In this document: positions 10,474-21,038 of the stretch, piece after piece
Layout: each line of letters opens with the position of its first letter
Numbering within the stretch: the stretch's first letter is position 1
NCBI GenBank assembly: GCA_963662285.2
Contig: CAXXMV010000008.1
Span: forward strand, 32,001 to 96,000
Reading direction: 5' to 3'
Origin: a bacterium
GTDB lineage: Bacteria > Hinthialibacterota > Hinthialibacteria > Hinthialibacterales > Hinthialibacteraceae
Length of the DNA: 64,000 bases
The notes under the pieces: generated by a model
What the model saw: the letters and a program-made list of their open reading frames with translations, nothing else
Database searches by the model: none
Told to the model about the DNA's origin: nothing
Made by a program: the position numbers and the translations under genes

Positions 10474-11286
10474 ATGATCAAAAAACAGTCATTGAAATTT
10501 CGCCTGCAAAGCGTTTGCCTTACGGGCTGCTTTGTATTGACCAGCGTGCTCTGCGCACTGGGAAGCAGCAATACTGAAGAGAAATGGATCAGCCTGTTTA
10601 ATGGCAAGAACCTTGATGGTTGGACAGTAAAGATCAGGTATCATGACGTCAACGATAATTTCGGCGATACATTCAGAGTGGAAGATGGACTGCTCAAAGT
10701 CTCATACGATAAGTATGACGGCAAGTTTAATAACAGATTCGGCCACATCTTCTTCAATGAGAGTTTTTCCAACTATAAGTTTCGCGTTGAATACCGCTTC
10801 GTCGGCGAACAAATGCCTGATGGCGCCGGATGGGCTAACCGCAATAGCGGCATCATGGTTCACGGACAGACGCCTGAAAGTATGGCTAAAGATCAGGATT
10901 TCCCGGTTTCCATCGAAGTTCAACTGCTGGGCGGCAAAGGAAGCGGAGAACGCTCAACCTGCAACTTATGCACTCCCGGAACCCATGTGGTTATGGATGG
11001 TAAACTGATAACAGAACACTGCACCAATTCAAAATCCAAGACCTATCACGGAGAACAATGGGTCACCGCCGAAGTTGAAGTCCACGGCAACAAACTGATT
11101 AAGCATTTTGTTAATGGCGAATTAGTTATGCAATACGAAAAACCGCAATTGGATCCCAAAGACAAATCAGCTCAGCCGCTGATTAAAAATGGCGAAGTAA
11201 TGCTGCACGGCGGAACCATATCACTCCAGTCTGAAAGCCATCCAGTAGAATTCCGTAAGATTGAAATCCTGCCTTTGGATGAATAA
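10474..11286 (+). CDS. DUF1080 (3-keto-disaccharide hydrolase-like) secreted protein
   Basis: WISLFNGKNLDGW, RNSGIMVHGQ, SIEVQLLG, GTISLQSESHPVEFRKI; AAGGAG RBS. Confidence 0.9.
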   Translation: MIKKQSLKFRLQSVCLTGCFVLTSVLCALGSSNTEEKWISLFNGKNLDGWTVKIRYHDVNDNFGDTFRVEDGLLKVSYDKYDGKFNNRFGHIFFNESFSNYKFRVEYRFVGEQMPDGAGWANRNSGIMVHGQTPESMAKDQDFPVSIEVQLLGGKGSGERSTCNLCTPGTHVVMDGKLITEHCTNSKSKTYHGEQWVTAEVEVHGNKLIKHFVNGELVMQYEKPQLDPKDKSAQPLIKNGEVMLHGGTISLQSESHPVEFRKIEILPLDE

Positions 11287-11322
11287 GCAAGCGTAAAGCA
11301 TAAAACATATTGTATAAACAAG

Positions 11323-11361
11323 AGCGGTTTCTGGAAACGTCAATCCAGAAACCGCTTTTTT
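11323..11361 (+). terminator. Rho-independent terminator
   Basis: AGCGGTTTCTGGA-aacgtcaa-TCCAGAAACCGCT-TTTTT. Confidence 0.8.
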
Positions 11362-11521
11362 AATGTTTATTTCCGCCTGGATGGATCAGCCTTATCGACC
11401 TATCAAATAGTCACTTCTGAAGCGACGCGCATTAATCCTCTCATAAAAAATTCCTCAATATGAAATAACTAATGTAAATACTCGTATTTATATTCAAGCC
11501 GAATGGTGAATAATTGGGGGA

Positions 11522-12019
11522 ATGATAATGCGCAGCATATTATTGATGGTTTCATTGATAGCAGTATTTTCATTGTATATTTATGTTGACACAAACAATC
11601 TGGATATCACTAAACCTGTTAAGACGATAGTTAATGGGAACAGTAGAGAAGAATTAAATAACATAGAAATTATTCGATGTTTTTTATTAGAGATAGTTAA
11701 TAAAAAATTAGATTTTCTTATTGATATTCATTTTGCTGAAAATTACAATGGATCATTTGAGAAAAAAGGCTTCCCGGATTTGACTGATCGGGAGTATTTA
11801 AAATTGCTTATAAAGGAATCACGATTTCCTTTCAATTATTCTTCAATAAAATTAGATTCTATCAATACTGACAATAATAGAGTTTTTGCTGTGTGGACTC
11901 TTGAAGATAATAAAATCCCAATAGCGCATTGCAATAATTCGAAGAAGTTTATTCATGCCGTTTTTTATCTTGAAAATGGAAAAATTATTAAAAGTATATT
12001 CTATTATGTTGAAATATGA
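11522..12019 (+). CDS. AT-rich hypothetical protein, N-terminal TM plus SnoaL/NTF2-like domain
   Basis: N.EIIR.F..E.VNK..D....HFAENY, ....NRVFAVWT, VFYLENGKI pattern of SnoaL-like folds. Confidence 0.5.
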   Translation: MIMRSILLMVSLIAVFSLYIYVDTNNLDITKPVKTIVNGNSREELNNIEIIRCFLLEIVNKKLDFLIDIHFAENYNGSFEKKGFPDLTDREYLKLLIKESRFPFNYSSIKLDSINTDNNRVFAVWTLEDNKIPIAHCNNSKKFIHAVFYLENGKIIKSIFYYVEI

Positions 12020-12104
12020 ATATACTTCATGCCGAATAAAATGGGCCAGCGATTGCTGGCCCATAATTAATTTTGCTGTAAAACCAATTAACATTCACCT
12101 ATCC

Positions 12105-12138
12105 GGTGGGCTACGCTGACGCTTTTAGCCCACCCTAC
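12105..12138 (-). repeat. GTAG-type REP element
   Basis: Minus strand GTAGGGTGGGCTAAAAGCGTCAGCGTAGCCCACC, 1 nt after the stop codon of the CotH gene. Confidence 0.8.
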
Positions 12139-12139
12139 T

Positions 12140-15100
12140 TTAATACAGCATCCAGGTTTTAACGCTGGTATCAGGGGTTGATTCTTGGGCTGGAGTGGGT
12201 GATGCGCTTTTCCAGTTTTGGGGATCATTGCCTGATTTTATGGTTGAGATGCGTTGTAGTGATTTTCCATCACCATCCGCTTCAACCGGCCAAGGAGTTT
12301 GGTGGAAATAGATTATCTCGTCTACTATCGACCATGACATCGAACCATCAGTGGGATCAATCGACATTGGTTTTTCGAGAGCGATTCGCTCGCCGCTGTT
12401 GGACAGGTTGCCGGAGTATGGCCCGATAATCTGTTGATTGGTTATATCAATGTTATACGCGGCGGTGAATATATCGCGCAACATTGCAACTGTTGGATCG
12501 AAAGCAACCAGCAGGATTCGTCCCTGGGCTGGAATTGTTGTATCAGGCGGAAGCATAAATTCTACGCCGCCATCCAAGCGCCATACGCCGGTTTCGTTCC
12601 ACAATTGAATAGCCCGGGCTGTCGGGTTGTACAATTCGATGTACTCACCAATGGAGTTATCATCCGGTAGATCGGGATTTGTAACCGGGTGATACATCAT
12701 CTCGTCAATAACTACATGCGCGGCGCCCTGGTTATTGGTCTGGTCGCGTGACGCTTCCATTGTCACCCAGAAGGCGTCGCCGTCCTCATCATGACCCAAA
12801 GACAATAAGGCCTCTTGGGCTTTGAACGATATGGCGTCGGCTACGCGGTCGATTCCAGGAGTTCCCGGTAGATACGAGAGGAAGAGTCCTTCTCCATCTT
12901 TACTCAAGGCAAAACCTTGACCAGACAGATTGAAGCCAGTCTGCTCATCAAAACTTATATGACCGCCAGCCGAAATCTGAAATGGCGGTAAACTCCATTT
13001 TTTCAAGTCGTCAATTTCATCGCTCAGATACCAACCTTGTAATGCAACATCAGACTGCGACTTATTGAACAGTTCGATCCAGTCATTTGAATTCGCGCCG
13101 GACGCATCACTGGTATTGGCCATAAATTCATTCAGCACGACATTGACCACTGGTTCGGGATCGGCTTTACCCGGAGAGCCGCCGATGAAAGCACTTGCAC
13201 GCCAGTTGCCGCCATAAGCCAGTGAACCATCGCCCTCGGTTGCTAAAGCGGATTCGATTGGAACCAGGGAGTGCCCGGCGCCATCAGCGGCCTGAGACCA
13301 CCCTCGACCATCATTAAACTCAAAAGTTATCAGCGTCTGTCCGGCGCTGGATGCTTTTAATGTGATGATCTCGCCGGAGTTGGATAATTTCCCACTATAT
13401 GGACCAACTATATTGGTTGCGGCATTGAGCTGGTAATGCTGTTGGAAATCAGCTTTATCAGCCAGAGTTGCCGAATTGGTAAGCAGCAGATAGCCATCTG
13501 GCGGGATCAGAGTATCATTCGGGAACACATATTCTATACCGTTAGCGAAAGCCATGCCGCTTAGATCGAGCGTCTGGCTTGAACTGGAATTATGCAACTC
13601 AATAAATTCAAACTCTGTTCCAGCGGGAGGATTGTACATCATTTCGGTGATGCACAGGTTTTGTTGTACGGCAACCTGAGCGCTGGATTTTTCCGTGACA
13701 AACTGAACCGGTTCAGACCAATGACTCCAACGGCCTGTATTATCCTTCATGCGGACGCGGACGCGGTAGGTTTTTCCGGCAGCTACTTTATCCGCAGGAA
13801 TGGTAATACTGTTATTGAAGGTGGTAATCTCTTCGGATTCCCATATTGGATCTATTTCGTATTTCAAAGGCTTTGTAAGATTCTTCGGGAATGGTTTGGG
13901 CTTAGGTTCCTCGCCATCGTCACCGCCATCATCGACAGGCTCAGGTTCTTCTGCGGCTGCTACACAGACTATAGCAAGGTCAATAAAACAATCAGAACTC
14001 CTGTCGATATACTGATTGATAACCTGAACCGCAATGATGTTATCTCCCTCGACCAGGAACTCTTTAGGATCAGGTAGTTCATATATTGCGTAATTAGTAT
14101 CTTCCCTATGCTCCGCTACTGAATCAAAGGGCATGTATTCTGCATCCACATGGTCATGCGCAACATACTTACCATTGATCCACATATTGAAACCGTCATC
14201 GAACAATGCATAAGCTGTCATAATGCCGATTGATTTTATATTATTAATCGTGATTTTTTTGCGCAGGTAGATGGTAGAATAGTTATACCTCATATCATCA
14301 AGAACATTGATTAAAAAATCTTCACCGTAACCCATTGGGGTTTGCCCTGATTCCCAGGAGGCGTCATTAAAACCAAGCGTTCTCCATTCGCTAACCGGAT
14401 CAGACGGTTCCGCCAGTCCCTTAAAGTATTTCCATGTGGCGTTTGGTTCCAGAATAATTTCATATTCAGCGGGTTGACCCGGATTAACAGGTTCATCAAT
14501 AACACCATCCCAAACTTTTGCATAAGGCTCTACTTCAGCAATGCGCCATTTCATGGCGTCGAAGGTATCAGCGCCTTGAGGGTCGCTGAAAGGCGTAGTC
14601 TCGAATGTTAATTTATCTATTTTGTAACCGTTAGAAAATGCTGCGGTCACCTCTGGAATATTGGGAGCATTATTATCCTTTAAGACAACCCGATTGATCC
14701 ATTGCGTCCGGTTTTGGACATAATTATTCATAATCTTCAGCATTCCGGGGAAATCTTTGGTTTGCGCCATCTGATAAAAACGGCCTTGCCCGGATTTACT
14801 AGGATTATTCAAGCCTTGATTAGCCGCCGCACTAGACATTGCCCAATGATAATCCCACATGGCGCGGTCAGCATCTACGAAGGAAAGAGCATCCGGCTGA
14901 TAGATGAAAGAAGCGAATTCGTTTATCAGTTGTCCGGTCTGGTCGGGATTATAAAGTAAATCCAAAATCTCCCGCATCCGGTTCTGATAACCAATATCTA
15001 ATGCTTCCTGCCGCAACACCCCGGCTTGTTTGAATGGATCTTCTCCATCGCCAAACATGTTATCAGCCCAGGTCAGATCAAGGTCCCATGCAAGTTGAAT

Positions 15101-16963
15101 CCATTTGTTTGATTCAGGATTCAGGTAATAGTAATAGTTCTTGCCATAGGCGATATCATATTGATGGATGCCTTCGACGATGCAGCGGTAGTTGTAATAG
15201 CGATCCATATCAACATTCGCTTCCCACCATGCAGCATCTTTATTGCGCCTATAGTCATTCATAAACTGGTTCATATCAGATTTATCAGATACGCCTTGAG
15301 GCGACTGGTTTTTAATTTCTCCAGTACCGCCTTCCATTTTATAGAGGTTGCCGTCCGGCAGATTGTGTTCATCAAGAAAGCGTCCATCGACCTGTTCGGT
15401 TGCGAGGTACAGCCCCCAGAAATCTCCATCGTATTGAGTTCCTTCATCAGTCAATGGAGCATGAGCATCATTGAGCAGGCCATCTTCATGCTCTTCATCT
15501 ATGATGCGGAAGTGGATAAAAGCCGTATTGGCGCTCTCTAACCCAGCCATGTTGAATAGTTTGAATCCAACCGATTCAAACATCCCCTGTTCACCGCGAT
15601 GCATATAATCGCCCTGCTGAATGCAGGCGCCCAGATTTATTTTGTCCCATTGGGTAGCGAATTTCTTACCATAGTTATCTCTGGCCTGGAATGAATGCCC
15701 CCGGTTCATGTTGAATTTCCACATATTCTTGCCCATAGAAAAACGCCAGGTTCCTCCACGGGCGCGGAACCATACGTGGTCATAGACTATTCCGTCAAAG
15801 ACTATCGTGCCGGTATAGTAATAGTCATTGCCGCTTTTATGATCGAACCAGGTGCATTTTTCGGCTTCAGCTTTGCTGGTGATTAAGTGATAGACGGGGA
15901 TTGCACTGAGCATTTCAGAACTGTAGTTTACCACATCAGTTCTTCCAGGCCGTGCGGCGCCTTGCCAATCGGGTACGCCATCATAGACGAAGTATGCAAA
16001 ATTGGGTTGAGCATCATCCGAATATGGAACGGTAACTGTATTACCCAGCGAGTCAGCAGCTTCAATGCGGTAACGTATCAGCCGTCGATGAACTTGCAGG
16101 GCAGAATCTAACTCAGCGGCAAATATCATGTCTCCGGCTACCTTATCGCCATTAAGGCCGTCATCGTTCATTGCGACATTGATCCATTGACTCTTGTATT
16201 TTGAATCATTGATATGGATATATTTTCCTGGATCAACCACCTGGTATTGCAGCGTTACGCTGGCGACGCCATCCGGATCAGTGGCCTTGGCTAAGATAGT
16301 TACCACCTGATCAGAAACTGGTTCTTGAGGCGCATGTCTCACCTGTCGTATCAGGGGACCAATATTATCGGTGAAGACGCTGTTCTGTTTGGACGGGGTT
16401 GGAGAAGCTGAACGCCAGTTGCCCGCCAGATCATTATCAAAATTTGGATTAACCAGCTGAATGGAATGACTGGTTCCCGGCTGATTTTCTGGAACCGGAA
16501 CGCCAACCGTCGGCCATGGGAAACCTAACTGATACTCAACCCGGTCAATAAGTTTTCCATCTGCGTTCCACAGTTCAACATTATCGCTATTATTATCCAG
16601 CCGTCCTTCTAAAGGCCCAATCACTTTAGAACTGGATACGCTATATTTATTTCTAACGGCTGCTGCATTCTGGGCGGTAACCAGATAATTTCCTGCAGCA
16701 AGGATAGTTGAATTTGGAAATGTAAAATCTGCGGCGTTTCTAATAGTCCAACCGGAAAGGTCTTCATCCGATGAACCATTATTGTAAAGTTCAATGAATT
16801 CAACTAATTCTGTTTTATTGTCGGGATCATAGTGAATTTCATTTATTACAATCTCAGCGTAAGAAACGCTGGAGATAATAAGCGATAAGCAAATAGTTGA
16901 AATTGTACAAGATACGCGATAAGGCAAGCGAGAAAACTGGTTAAAAAATTCAGATTTCGACAT
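12140..16963 (-). CDS. Secreted CotH-kinase-family protein with multiple lamin-tail domains
   Basis: Signal peptide; four LTD-like units (VINEIHY..EFIELYN, ITEMMY..EFIELHN, LNEFMA..DWIELFN, IDEMMY..EYIELYN); CotH motifs RARG, GLYLATEQVD, KNYYYY..W.QLAWDLD; C-terminal TSVKTWMLY. Confidence 0.85.
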   Translation of the reverse strand: MSKSEFFNQFSRLPYRVSCTISTICLSLIISSVSYAEIVINEIHYDPDNKTELVEFIELYNNGSSDEDLSGWTIRNAADFTFPNSTILAAGNYLVTAQNAAAVRNKYSVSSSKVIGPLEGRLDNNSDNVELWNADGKLIDRVEYQLGFPWPTVGVPVPENQPGTSHSIQLVNPNFDNDLAGNWRSASPTPSKQNSVFTDNIGPLIRQVRHAPQEPVSDQVVTILAKATDPDGVASVTLQYQVVDPGKYIHINDSKYKSQWINVAMNDDGLNGDKVAGDMIFAAELDSALQVHRRLIRYRIEAADSLGNTVTVPYSDDAQPNFAYFVYDGVPDWQGAARPGRTDVVNYSSEMLSAIPVYHLITSKAEAEKCTWFDHKSGNDYYYTGTIVFDGIVYDHVWFRARGGTWRFSMGKNMWKFNMNRGHSFQARDNYGKKFATQWDKINLGACIQQGDYMHRGEQGMFESVGFKLFNMAGLESANTAFIHFRIIDEEHEDGLLNDAHAPLTDEGTQYDGDFWGLYLATEQVDGRFLDEHNLPDGNLYKMEGGTGEIKNQSPQGVSDKSDMNQFMNDYRRNKDAAWWEANVDMDRYYNYRCIVEGIHQYDIAYGKNYYYYLNPESNKWIQLAWDLDLTWADNMFGDGEDPFKQAGVLRQEALDIGYQNRMREILDLLYNPDQTGQLINEFASFIYQPDALSFVDADRAMWDYHWAMSSAAANQGLNNPSKSGQGRFYQMAQTKDFPGMLKIMNNYVQNRTQWINRVVLKDNNAPNIPEVTAAFSNGYKIDKLTFETTPFSDPQGADTFDAMKWRIAEVEPYAKVWDGVIDEPVNPGQPAEYEIILEPNATWKYFKGLAEPSDPVSEWRTLGFNDASWESGQTPMGYGEDFLINVLDDMRYNYSTIYLRKKITINNIKSIGIMTAYALFDDGFNMWINGKYVAHDHVDAEYMPFDSVAEHREDTNYAIYELPDPKEFLVEGDNIIAVQVINQYIDRSSDCFIDLAIVCVAAAEEPEPVDDGGDDGEEPKPKPFPKNLTKPLKYEIDPIWESEEITTFNNSITIPADKVAAGKTYRVRVRMKDNTGRWSHWSEPVQFVTEKSSAQVAVQQNLCITEMMYNPPAGTEFEFIELHNSSSSQTLDLSGMAFANGIEYVFPNDTLIPPDGYLLLTNSATLADKADFQQHYQLNAATNIVGPYSGKLSNSGEIITLKASSAGQTLITFEFNDGRGWSQAADGAGHSLVPIESALATEGDGSLAYGGNWRASAFIGGSPGKADPEPVVNVVLNEFMANTSDASGANSNDWIELFNKSQSDVALQGWYLSDEIDDLKKWSLPPFQISAGGHISFDEQTGFNLSGQGFALSKDGEGLFLSYLPGTPGIDRVADAISFKAQEALLSLGHDEDGDAFWVTMEASRDQTNNQGAAHVVIDEMMYHPVTNPDLPDDNSIGEYIELYNPTARAIQLWNETGVWRLDGGVEFMLPPDTTIPAQGRILLVAFDPTVAMLRDIFTAAYNIDITNQQIIGPYSGNLSNSGERIALEKPMSIDPTDGSMSWSIVDEIIYFHQTPWPVEADGDGKSLQRISTIKSGNDPQNWKSASPTPAQESTPDTSVKTWMLY

Positions 16964-17284
16964 ATTATAAATTCCCCATTTGATTAAAACGTATTGTTAT
17001 ATGGCTTACTCATATAAATATAGTATATCAATAGTAATCCGGCAATATTAATACTGGAATCCTTAACCATCATTCATTGCTTCAAAAAAAAATCTGGCGC
17101 CAATATATTGTCACTTTAATATACGTTTAAGATAGAAAATTGTTTCAATTTAATACTACGATATATTAGTTCTTTTTATTCAAATTAACCATCATAAAAA
17201 ATTCTGAGGCAAAAATAGGACATTGTGATAAATTAATTTGCACAGGGCGCTCTCATAATTATCATAGACAAATGGGGAATAGTT

Positions 17285-19528
17285 ATGAACGAAATTATCT
17301 CTAATAATTGCGTATCTAATCGTAATCGTTGCGTACAAATTCTTATTCTTTGCTCGATATTCATGCTTATGTCATCGACGCATTCATCTATGGCGCAATC
17401 GGAATCTATTGAGTTTGAATACCAGTCAAAATACCCTGAGTTAGCCGTTGAAGACATGGTATACGCTGATCCGTATTACGCTGTTCTGCTAAGAGGTAAA
17501 TATCAACGCACCATACAGTTTTACTTAAGAGATGGCGACAGCTGGATATTGCACCACCAGAAGATAGTTGATATGCCGGAAGAACAGCAATTTCTTTCAT
17601 GTCAGGCCAACAATTCTCTTATGGTCATAAAATTCTTTTTGAAAGATACTCAATATGGATGCCAAGTCATTGATGTGAATACGGATGATGGCGCCTACGA
17701 TTATATAGTCATGCCAAAAGAAGAATTGAATTTTGATGGAGAAATCTTTCCTTATTCTCCAGCCATTGGATCGCTTCATATTCAAGAAAGAACTATTGTC
17801 TTTTTGGCGGATAACATATTTACCCGTATTTCTTATGATGAAGCATTAAATCAAGTTGAACATAATGAATATGTTGTTCCATCTGAATACAGTATTACTG
17901 ATTTTGATTTTCTTGGCGAAAATCTTCTCTTTGTCAGCAATCCAACCGCTGATATCAATGTTCCACTTCTAAGAGGGGTGGGAATAGCCCGCTTTAACTC
18001 ATCCAACGAATTAGTATTTGATAATAATCTTTGGTATTTCAAAACAGAAAGCATAGACGGAAAAGAAATATACCGAAAACCGGAAGCCATCCGTACTCTT
18101 GGAACAACATCATTTATAGTTCGTGAAACAGGGGAACTATCGTGGCTCTCGTGGCCCCGCCCCACTGAAGGCGCCGGTTATGAAATGCTGATTATCGATT
18201 GGAGCGACGGGGATAATCCAAAGTTAGTTCAAACCATTGGCGAACCGGATGTAGACTGGGAATACATCAGTAATGCAATATCCGGTTATGATGCAAACGA
18301 ATCAATGCTGGCTTTACAGATTCCCAACACTTCGCAAGCGGTTTTAAGTATTTATGAACCAATAGGCGGCAGTTGGGAAAAAAGTTCCTCTATTGATCTA
18401 TCATTTCCACGTTATCCATATATTTCTCTGGGCGGGAATGCCGTAATTTTAAAGAATTCGCAAGAACTATCGATATTTGACTTATCCGATCCATCAACGC
18501 CCCGCGAAATCGATCCTCCAGTGAATAAAACAGATAGGTTTTATTATCTCAATTATTACAATGAGATTTTCTATTACATTGATAATCATGGCGCTTTTAC
18601 TGCTGCGCGTTTTGATGAATCCAACAACATTAACATTGTCGACCAAGTTTCATTACCGGATGGCTGGCAAGTTGTTGGCGTTAACTATGGATTATGCGCA
18701 CTGAGGAAAGATAAAGAGATAAAAATAATCCCGCTTAATGCCAATGGCGGTTTCGGTGAAGAACTTATAACGCCGGAATATCCGAAAGACGATTCAATAA
18801 CTAATATTTTGGATCCAATGTGGAATGATGAATATTTGGTAATTGTTTATATTCAATACACGACAGAGGATCATAATTATCCTTCACCAACGGAATTTGT
18901 TATCCAGGTATATTCAAGAGATGGAGACCAAATCGGTTCAATGGTTTCTATGTTTTCCAATTCAAGCAGAGAGTTCAGTTCAATAATGCTGATTGAGGAC
19001 TTTTTTATAGCAACTGAAAGGTTAACCGGTGATGCCGGACAATATGAATTACAATATAAATTATTGATTTATCCGTTAGATTCGGATAATCCGGCTGAAA
19101 GCGTCATTGAGTATGATATTCCTATAAACGAAAATGTTGTAAATCAACGCCGTATGAGGGTTGTTAATAACATAAGTTATAATTCAGAATTGCAATATAT
19201 TGCATATTCAAGTTCTGCGCAATCCGGGATTATCGATTTTTCAGATGCTCAAAATCCAAAGCACTTGAATTTCTTTCTTCCTGCATCAGATTCCGTTCAT
19301 TGGAATAATGGCCGACTTTTCTTAAAACAAGGTGAATTAATAGATTGCTATCGTATTGAAGATGATAAAGCCGTTTTAATTGGAAGCATGAATGATCTAG
19401 CTGTTTCTTCATCATCCAATCCAATATTCTCTGAAGACGATATATACCTATCGCGGAGTTGGCTGGGAATGGAAAGATATAAGATGACGGTTGATCAAAC
19501 CAATGTTGAGAATTGGTTGTTGTATTAG
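17285..19528 (+). CDS. Secreted acidic beta-rich (LVIVD/propeller-like) protein with C-terminal TNVENWLLY tail
   Basis: Signal peptide; repeated IIDWSDGDNPK / IFDLSDPSTPR / IIDFSDAQNPK units. Confidence 0.65.
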   Translation: MNEIISNNCVSNRNRCVQILILCSIFMLMSSTHSSMAQSESIEFEYQSKYPELAVEDMVYADPYYAVLLRGKYQRTIQFYLRDGDSWILHHQKIVDMPEEQQFLSCQANNSLMVIKFFLKDTQYGCQVIDVNTDDGAYDYIVMPKEELNFDGEIFPYSPAIGSLHIQERTIVFLADNIFTRISYDEALNQVEHNEYVVPSEYSITDFDFLGENLLFVSNPTADINVPLLRGVGIARFNSSNELVFDNNLWYFKTESIDGKEIYRKPEAIRTLGTTSFIVRETGELSWLSWPRPTEGAGYEMLIIDWSDGDNPKLVQTIGEPDVDWEYISNAISGYDANESMLALQIPNTSQAVLSIYEPIGGSWEKSSSIDLSFPRYPYISLGGNAVILKNSQELSIFDLSDPSTPREIDPPVNKTDRFYYLNYYNEIFYYIDNHGAFTAARFDESNNINIVDQVSLPDGWQVVGVNYGLCALRKDKEIKIIPLNANGGFGEELITPEYPKDDSITNILDPMWNDEYLVIVYIQYTTEDHNYPSPTEFVIQVYSRDGDQIGSMVSMFSNSSREFSSIMLIEDFFIATERLTGDAGQYELQYKLLIYPLDSDNPAESVIEYDIPINENVVNQRRMRVVNNISYNSELQYIAYSSSAQSGIIDFSDAQNPKHLNFFLPASDSVHWNNGRLFLKQGELIDCYRIEDDKAVLIGSMNDLAVSSSSNPIFSEDDIYLSRSWLGMERYKMTVDQTNVENWLLY

Positions 19529-19564
19529 TAGGATAGAGAAAACAGAGGCAGTGTTATGATGTAA

Positions 19565-19597
19565 AGCGGACAAGGCATGATGGCCTTGTCCGCTCTT
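19565..19597 (+). terminator. Rho-independent terminator
   Basis: AGCGGACAAGGC-atgatg-GCCTTGTCCGCT-ctt. Confidence 0.65.
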
Positions 19598-19652
19598 AAT
19601 TATTAAATTCATTCCTAAAGTTAACACGTATTTATTGGCGCTGAATTAAAAA

Positions 19653-19789
19653 TGTCTGAATCTGGATACCCTGGATGAAAGGATGATCAGGATGAGTGAT
19701 CTTGTTAATCGGATTATCCAAATAGAAAAGGCATCTATTGATATAAAATCCTGAATATCCGGCTCATCCGGAGAATCCAGATTCAGACA
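19653..19789. repeat. 137-bp MITE-like element with 15-bp perfect terminal inverted repeats and ~9-bp periodic GGAT/ATCC arms
   Basis: TGTCTGAATCTGGAT (19653-19667) / ATCCAGATTCAGACA (19775-19789); GGAT at 19664, 19673, 19681, 19690; ATCC at 19748, 19757, 19766, 19775. Confidence 0.7.
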
Positions 19790-19835
19790 AAAAAAACGTT
19801 ACCCATGCGATTTCGTTTCGTTTTTTTTATACTAA

Positions 19836-19871
19836 GGCTTTACTGCATAAAGTACTTGCAATAACAAATAT
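19836..19871 (+). promoter_or_regulatory. Putative tandem operator (CTTT-N7-AAAGTA) upstream of the membrane protein/wHTH/uppS operon
   Basis: GGCTTT-ACTGCAT-AAAGTA overlapping TACTTG-CAATAAC-AAATAT; matches the perfect palindrome at 21039. Confidence 0.55.
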
Positions 19872-19883
19872 AGGATTTAGAAT

Positions 19884-20504
19884 ATGTCTATGAGCATAAA
19901 TAGAACTCTGACAACGGAGCATAGCGAAACGCCGTCATTGCATGCGCACGCTATGAACGACCTTCGTTTTATCCGCGATATGATGGAACGTTCCGCCTCG
20001 TTCACCGCTGTTTCTGGATGGGGGACAGTGCTAATGGGAGGCACGGCCATTGCGGCGTCATTGATAGCAGGCCAAAACGCCAATATGGATCATTGGCTTA
20101 TAGTATGGCTGGGTGAATCGCTTATTGCGTGCCTGATCGGATTCATCTCAATGACCATCAAATCGCGTGCGGTCAATATACCTCTATTCTGTAAAGCGGG
20201 TTGGCGGTTTATGCTGAACTTGTTCATTCCCATAATTGCGGGCATTCCATTGACCATTGTATTATATCAAAATGGACAGAGCGAAATATTGCCCGGTTTA
20301 TGGTTAATGCTATACGGAATCGGAGTCGCCACCGGGGGTGTTTTTGCAGTGGGCGTTGTCCCTGTTATGGGGGGTTGCTTCATTTTAACCGGCATGGCAG
20401 CTTTGTTCGCTTCACCTTTATGGGGCAATGCATTTTTGGCATTCGGCTTCGGTGGATTGCATATCTTTTTCGGCGGTATTATCGCCTGGAGGCATGGTGG
20501 CTAA
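19884..20504 (+). CDS. Integral membrane protein (about 6 TM), partner of the wHTH regulator
   Basis: A..DLRFIRDMMERS start, hydrophobic helices, FGFGGLHIFFG end; stop overlaps the next start. Confidence 0.8.
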   Translation: MSMSINRTLTTEHSETPSLHAHAMNDLRFIRDMMERSASFTAVSGWGTVLMGGTAIAASLIAGQNANMDHWLIVWLGESLIACLIGFISMTIKSRAVNIPLFCKAGWRFMLNLFIPIIAGIPLTIVLYQNGQSEILPGLWLMLYGIGVATGGVFAVGVVPVMGGCFILTGMAALFASPLWGNAFLAFGFGGLHIFFGGIIAWRHGG

Positions 20505-20892
20505 ACAGAATATCTTACAAAAAGATATGGATAACATTACCCCGAAAGAGAAATCCCAGGTTTTACGGGTAGTGCATGCCATCGCTTCAGATTCGAATCC
20601 CAAAAACCTGGATCGTTTGATTCATGAGCGCATCCGCTTGGGCATCGTCAGCGCTCTGGCGGTCAATGAGTCGCTTAGTTTCAAAGAGTTAAAGAAAATC
20701 CTCAAAGCGAGCGATGGCAATCTGAGCGTTCACGCCCGGAAACTGGAAGAAGCTGAGTATATTACCTGTAATAAGTCTTTTGATGGCCGTATGCCCAAAA
20801 CCGAATACCGCCTTACCAATGATGGCCGTCAAGCTTTAGAGAAATACTTAGCCCACATGGAAGCGCTAATCAAATCCATGCGGGGGAAATAG
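20497..20892 (+). CDS. Winged-helix (MarR/ArsR-like, HTH_34-type) transcriptional regulator
   Basis: LDRLIHERIRLGIVSAL...LSF.ELK..L..SDGNLSVHARKLEEAEYI...K.F.GR.P.T.Y.LT..GR; GTG start at 20497 after GGAGG. Confidence 0.88.
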   Translation: MAKQNILQKDMDNITPKEKSQVLRVVHAIASDSNPKNLDRLIHERIRLGIVSALAVNESLSFKELKKILKASDGNLSVHARKLEEAEYITCNKSFDGRMPKTEYRLTNDGRQALEKYLAHMEALIKSMRGK

Positions 20893-20926
20893 AGTTTGAT
20901 TTTATTGGATAAGGTTTGTGGTTACA

Positions 20927-20967
20927 AACCCCTCTTGAATTCTCCCCCATGCTTGGGGGAGAGGGTT
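20927..20967. repeat. CCCT-family palindromic repeat
   Basis: AACCCCTCTTGAATTCTCCCCCATGCTTGGGGGAGAGGGTT. Confidence 0.6.
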
Positions 20968-21038
20968 GATAGCGACCACAACTGCTTACGAATAAAAAAA
21001 GTTTTCAGTATAACATATAACGATTTTTTTTGGAGGTA

